Of a stretch of DNA of 64,000 bases, positions 60,470 through 64,000 are shown in pieces. The DNA lies in the NCBI GenBank assembly GCA_964635565.1, contig CAZWON010000006.1, positions 10,837 through 74,836 of the forward strand. Reading direction: 5' to 3'. The notes beneath the pieces were generated by a model. That model had not been told where the DNA came from and did not search any database. It was given only the letters and a program-made list of their open reading frames with translations. The translations under genes and the position numbers were made by a program. Within the stretch, counting starts at the first letter, position 1. Every line of letters starts with the position of its first letter. The stretch comes from an uncultured Planctomycetia bacterium. Its GTDB lineage: Bacteria > Omnitrophota > Gorgyraeia > Duberdicusellales > 4484-171.

Positions 60470-60625
60470 TATTAGCTCAGGGCTCTTAGCTCTTGGCTCA
60501 TAGAGTAGCTCTTAGCTCATAACTCTTAGTTCCTCGCTCTTCGTTCTTGTTTAATATCAACTATGAGCTAACAGCTATGAACTATGAGCTAATTTCTATT
60601 CGCTAAACGCTATTTACTCTACCCC
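60470..60625. repeat. Composite intergenic repeat element (imperfect long hairpin plus GAGCTAATTTCTATTCGCTAAACGCTATTTACT box) between atpC and atpE
   Basis: AGCTCTTAGCTCAT ... ATGAGCTAACAGCT inverted arms. The 30-mer gagctaacagctatgaactatgagctaa nearly matches the reverse complement of 52701..52730. Box copies occur at five other loci. Confidence 0.75.
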
Positions 60626-60686
60626 ACTATCCTATACACGATACGCTCAACGCACAGCGAGATATGGTTTATCCGCTATACGCTCT

Positions 60687-60920
60687 TTACGGTTCTTCCA
60701 CAATTATTGTCGCAACGTTCTTCTCTAATTTTACCACACCCCTCTTAATTATAAATGAATTTTTATTATCAATACTGATATGGCCTCTTATTAGACGAGA
60801 GATGATATTTTTATGAAAAGGGGTAATTTCAAATACCCCCTGCTCACCAGGTAAAATAATACTCTTTGCCTTCCCTTCAAAAATTGTCTTCTGAGGGGAA
60901 ATAATCATAAATTCTAACAT
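60687..60920 (-). CDS. atpC: F-type ATP synthase epsilon subunit, N-terminal beta-sandwich domain only
   Basis: MLEFMIISPQKTIFEGKAKSIILPGEQGVFEITPFH matches the epsilon N-terminal domain. At 77 aa it lacks the C-terminal helical hairpin. Confidence 0.7.
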   Translation of the reverse strand: MLEFMIISPQKTIFEGKAKSIILPGEQGVFEITPFHKNIISRLIRGHISIDNKNSFIIKRGVVKLEKNVATIIVEEP

Positions 60921-60922
60921 CT

Positions 60923-61726
60923 TTATTCTTTAATATCGGTAGATTCGGAAGACTCTTCTTCCCCAAAAGAAATTTTTTTTGCTTCTGAAATTATATCATG
61001 AGTTGCCCGGGAAGAACGGTACCAAGTAAAGAAAAACACCAAAGAAAGTAACCCAATAAAAATAATAATGGAAAAAATTACTATCCAAGTAGCAGTTTTT
61101 GTAGGCGAGAGAGTTTTAAACTTACTCTCAGCAAGAATATCAGGAGTAAGAGGACCAGTCTTTGTCTCTAAAAGTTTCTCCATGTCGCTAATCTCATCTT
61201 TAAGGCGGGAAAGGCTCTTAATATTGGCACGATACACACCAATATGCTGAGAACGACTTATGGTATCATCGCTCTGGGATTTTATTATTTCCGCAATGAG
61301 AGAATTGGCACGCTCAGAAAGTTTCTTCACTTCATCATAATGGGAAGAGCCTTTAAATGATACTAAAAGTTTATCAATCCTTCTCTTTACTCCTTCTATT
61401 TCTTCAGAAGGAATGAGCCAGATATCCTCTATTTCTACTTCAAAAATTTTCGTCTGGCGGGGCTTTAATATTACTCCATTATCATATACATAATAGAGAG
61501 ATTTCTGGGAATCAAAATCTAACTTAAGCCCTCCTAAGTCTATAATGTTTTTGGGCTTTACCTCCTCAGGTAAATAAACTTTTACCGGTACAAACTGGGT
61601 TTTTACAGAGGAAGGATTTATGGCAACAATTCGAAAACGGATATTATCACCCCAGCAAAAAAAAGGAAATAATATCCCTATTATAAATAAAATATTAAGC
61701 ATTTTTTTTTGAAAAGAAAAAAACAT
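60923..61726 (-). CDS. Hypothetical membrane-anchored protein (signal peptide plus C-terminal TM)
   Basis: N-terminal hydrophobic leader. C-terminal TM WIVIFSIIIFIGLLSLVFFF followed by an acidic tail. No recognisable family. Confidence 0.45.
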   Translation of the reverse strand: MFFSFQKKMLNILFIIGILFPFFCWGDNIRFRIVAINPSSVKTQFVPVKVYLPEEVKPKNIIDLGGLKLDFDSQKSLYYVYDNGVILKPRQTKIFEVEIEDIWLIPSEEIEGVKRRIDKLLVSFKGSSHYDEVKKLSERANSLIAEIIKSQSDDTISRSQHIGVYRANIKSLSRLKDEISDMEKLLETKTGPLTPDILAESKFKTLSPTKTATWIVIFSIIIFIGLLSLVFFFTWYRSSRATHDIISEAKKISFGEEESSESTDIKE

Positions 61727-61826
61727 CTTTTCTTTCTACCTTTCTTAACCTACGTTTTCTTATAAAACAATTTAGAAATTTATTTTAATTATATCTTTTC
61801 TTAATTATTTCTACAATACTTAAAAA

Positions 61827-64000
61827 CTACTGTAAAACTGTTGAAACAATGGGTGCGTCCATGCCACCGAATTTAGCCTCAAACAGAGCCTGAAGAATTC
61901 TTAAAACACCCTCTATAGTATCTGTTTTCTTCCTAATTGCCTTAATTGTAGGGGACTCACTGAGTTTCTCTTCAAGTATCTCACTAATATCATAACCCTG
62001 ACCAGCTGCTAACTCAGTTAATTTATCTGTAATCTCGTTTAAAGTGCTAGTAACTATAGGGCTTGCTCCTTGGTTTGCAATAATCGAAGGAAGTTCTTCT
62101 ACAGATTCCTGTAAATTCTTTAAAGTAATTGCAATACTTACTCCGTCTTCGCTTCCAATAGTAGCTTCTAATGCTTTTACTAAATCTAAAGTTTTCTTAG
62201 CAGCTCGTTCAGCCTCAGGAGCAGCAGAGGCTAACCCTGCAATAGTAGTTATAGACATTTCCTCTACTGAACCAGAACCTGTAACTAATCCTCCAGTAGT
62301 CTGTTCACTAACAGTATAGGTATAAGCCTTTCCAGGGGTAAAGCGTGTATCTGCATTAAATTCAAAAATATATAAACCAGGAGTTGTCTCCGTCATTACC
62401 CAATCCTTTACAATAGATTGGTTATCCCAACTGTATATATTCACCATAGGATAAAGTCCGCTGGGTCCTTGAACCTGCAAAGTAATGGCTTCTCCGCTTA
62501 AAGCAGGATTAGGTGATACTGTTGCTTTCCAAGAATATTTCTTAGCTGTTGCTTCTAATTCCTCACCTGCAGCTACTGCCTGTTCCGCACCTGCTTGGAG
62601 TTGCTCAATAGCCTCTGTGGTGCGTTCTTCAAAACTTGTTAAGGTTTCATCTACAGCGCTAACCATTTCATCGGTCTTTGTCTCAATAATAGTTTTTTGC
62701 TCTTCCATCTTCTGGTCAATAAGGTCAGTCTGGTCTTGTAGTGTCTGTTGTATTTCTGCATTCACCTCTGATATAGGTTTATCCAAAACTGCATTTACAG
62801 TATCCTGAACATCCTGTAATTTTGTTTCCGCAGTAATAGTAAAGGAATCTGGCGTTTTAAAGTGGGCACCACTGGCATTAGTAATATCTGTAATAGTTGT
62901 ATATACTTTCCCTGCAATAAGAGTTGTAGGATTCCATATAGAACTAAAGAAACCTGCAGGATCAGGGCTTGTATCAACTAAATGGGCAATTTCTTGTTCA
63001 GTTTCTGGGTCATAGATATATACATCTGCCTGAATACCACCACTTACTACAAATCCATCTCGTTCAAGCCAGCTACTTACACTGAGAGTATCTGTCGTTG
63101 GGTCGTAGGCAAAATCAGAGTAAGCCCGCCAAATATGGATAGCTGTTGTTTCCATAAAAATAGTCTCGTTCTCTGTCCCTACTAAAGGCTCATCTCTATC
63201 CAAAAGGAAACTAATCTGCTTATCACCATAACCAGTCTTTGACCACACGAGCGTCCAGAAACCATAAGGAAGCTCAACAGTACAAGGTGAACCTAAAGGT
63301 GCGCCAGGATTACCTGGCATCTCTGAGGTCTGCCAAACATCCCCTTTATCGGAAGAGCCATCAACGGTAAGTTGAGATAAGTTCTCATTAGTTAAAAGAT
63401 CCCTTATGTTAAAAGTCACAGAATAATAGTCTATAATAAAGTTATCATCGGAGGTATCGTTAACAGTAACATCACGAATATCAGAAACTCTCACCTTTAC
63501 AGTGGTTGAACGATCATCAGGAATTGTCCAAGCATAAGAATTAGGGGAAATCGTATTATCATAGGAAGAAACAATAGTATGAAGATCGGTATTAAAATTA
63601 TCTTTAGAATACTCAATATTTACTAAAGGAATTGAACCTTGTGTAGTTTCCCACGTAATATTGTGTTCTTCTCTTGTAACCCACCGTTCTCCACCATTAG
63701 GAGAAGTAATATGTAAGATTCCTCTCACAATAGAACAATCACTATCAGAGGCATCAAAAGCATCAGAATCAGTTGCACTCATCACTCTTACTCTAATTGT
63801 CTCAATCCTACTCTCTCCTTGAGGAGGAGCATTAGGAACTTTCCAGATATAACTTCCTGTATTAGGGGTTGAAGAAACAATGGCATAATCAAAAGTCAAT
63901 CCACTATCTTTAGAATAATCTAATCTTACATTATCTACGGTTCCTACACAACTCCAACTAACTGTGTAATCCTCACCTACAGTAAGTTCTTCTCCGCCAT
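61827..64000 (-). CDS. Large Ser/Thr/Asp-rich surface or secreted repeat protein, 5'-truncated by the window edge
   Basis: The track start at 63899 is a TTG. Own reading shows the frame stays open to 64000. Repeated YSKD..T.....N.....Y.W.IP units. A central Q/E-rich coiled-coil segment. Confidence 0.5.
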   Translation of the reverse strand, partial: GGEELTVGEDYTVSWSCVGTVDNVRLDYSKDSGLTFDYAIVSSTPNTGSYIWKVPNAPPQGESRIETIRVRVMSATDSDAFDASDSDCSIVRGILHITSPNGGERWVTREEHNITWETTQGSIPLVNIEYSKDNFNTDLHTIVSSYDNTISPNSYAWTIPDDRSTTVKVRVSDIRDVTVNDTSDDNFIIDYYSVTFNIRDLLTNENLSQLTVDGSSDKGDVWQTSEMPGNPGAPLGSPCTVELPYGFWTLVWSKTGYGDKQISFLLDRDEPLVGTENETIFMETTAIHIWRAYSDFAYDPTTDTLSVSSWLERDGFVVSGGIQADVYIYDPETEQEIAHLVDTSPDPAGFFSSIWNPTTLIAGKVYTTITDITNASGAHFKTPDSFTITAETKLQDVQDTVNAVLDKPISEVNAEIQQTLQDQTDLIDQKMEEQKTIIETKTDEMVSAVDETLTSFEERTTEAIEQLQAGAEQAVAAGEELEATAKKYSWKATVSPNPALSGEAITLQVQGPSGLYPMVNIYSWDNQSIVKDWVMTETTPGLYIFEFNADTRFTPGKAYTYTVSEQTTGGLVTGSGSVEEMSITTIAGLASAAPEAERAAKKTLDLVKALEATIGSEDGVSIAITLKNLQESVEELPSIIANQGASPIVTSTLNEITDKLTELAAGQGYDISEILEEKLSESPTIKAIRKKTDTIEGVLRILQALFEAKFGGMDAPIVSTVLQ

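Overview
The window is an AT-rich (GC appears to be roughly one third) bacterial chromosomal segment with almost every gene on the minus strand. Only comF and lptF/lptG, at 17000..19865, are on the plus strand. Most of the content is housekeeping with Firmicutes-like synteny: tmk-holB-ricT-metG-tatD, and mcsA-mcsB-clpC ... radA-yacL-ispD-ispF-cysS. The same window also carries diderm envelope systems: LptF/G, MlaEFD, LolDE, and a type II secretion / type IV pilus-like cluster. From left to right the window holds: a glycoside hydrolase plus sugar ABC uptake locus; rluA, fadD-like, a radical-SAM/DUF523 pair, trxB, def, panD, ackA-pta; comF and lptFG; alr, tsaB/tsaE, thiL, mtnA; aminoacyl-tRNA synthetases (metG, cysS, lysS); clpC/mcsAB; mlaEFD; lolDE; a Gsp/Pil cluster (TPR, GspE-PilZ fusion, GspF, peptidase-MA-like, GspG, minor pseudopilins, GspK, GspL-like, GspM-like); and an unusual F-type ATP synthase gene cluster with order epsilon-c-b/delta-alpha-gamma-beta. 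No rRNA, tRNA, CRISPR, transposase or integrase was recognised. The most unusual observations are: (i) the ATP synthase c subunit has Gln (CAG) at the exact position of the essential ion-binding Glu/Asp; the cluster also lacks subunit a, has only the C-terminal part of delta fused to b, and has an epsilon of 77 aa (N-terminal beta-sandwich domain only). (ii) A family of short intergenic elements, an inverted-repeat hairpin plus a conserved GAGCTAATTT(T)CTAT box, sits 70-120 nt upstream of at least six gene starts inside operons. (iii) The secretion ATPase GspE has a C-terminal PilZ (c-di-GMP receptor) domain carrying the canonical RxxxR and NxSxGG motifs. Start coordinates follow the supplied ORF track, which appears to accept TTG/GTG starts (the 61827..63899 ORF begins with TTG but was shown as M), so 5' ends are approximate. 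Both terminal genes run off the window.
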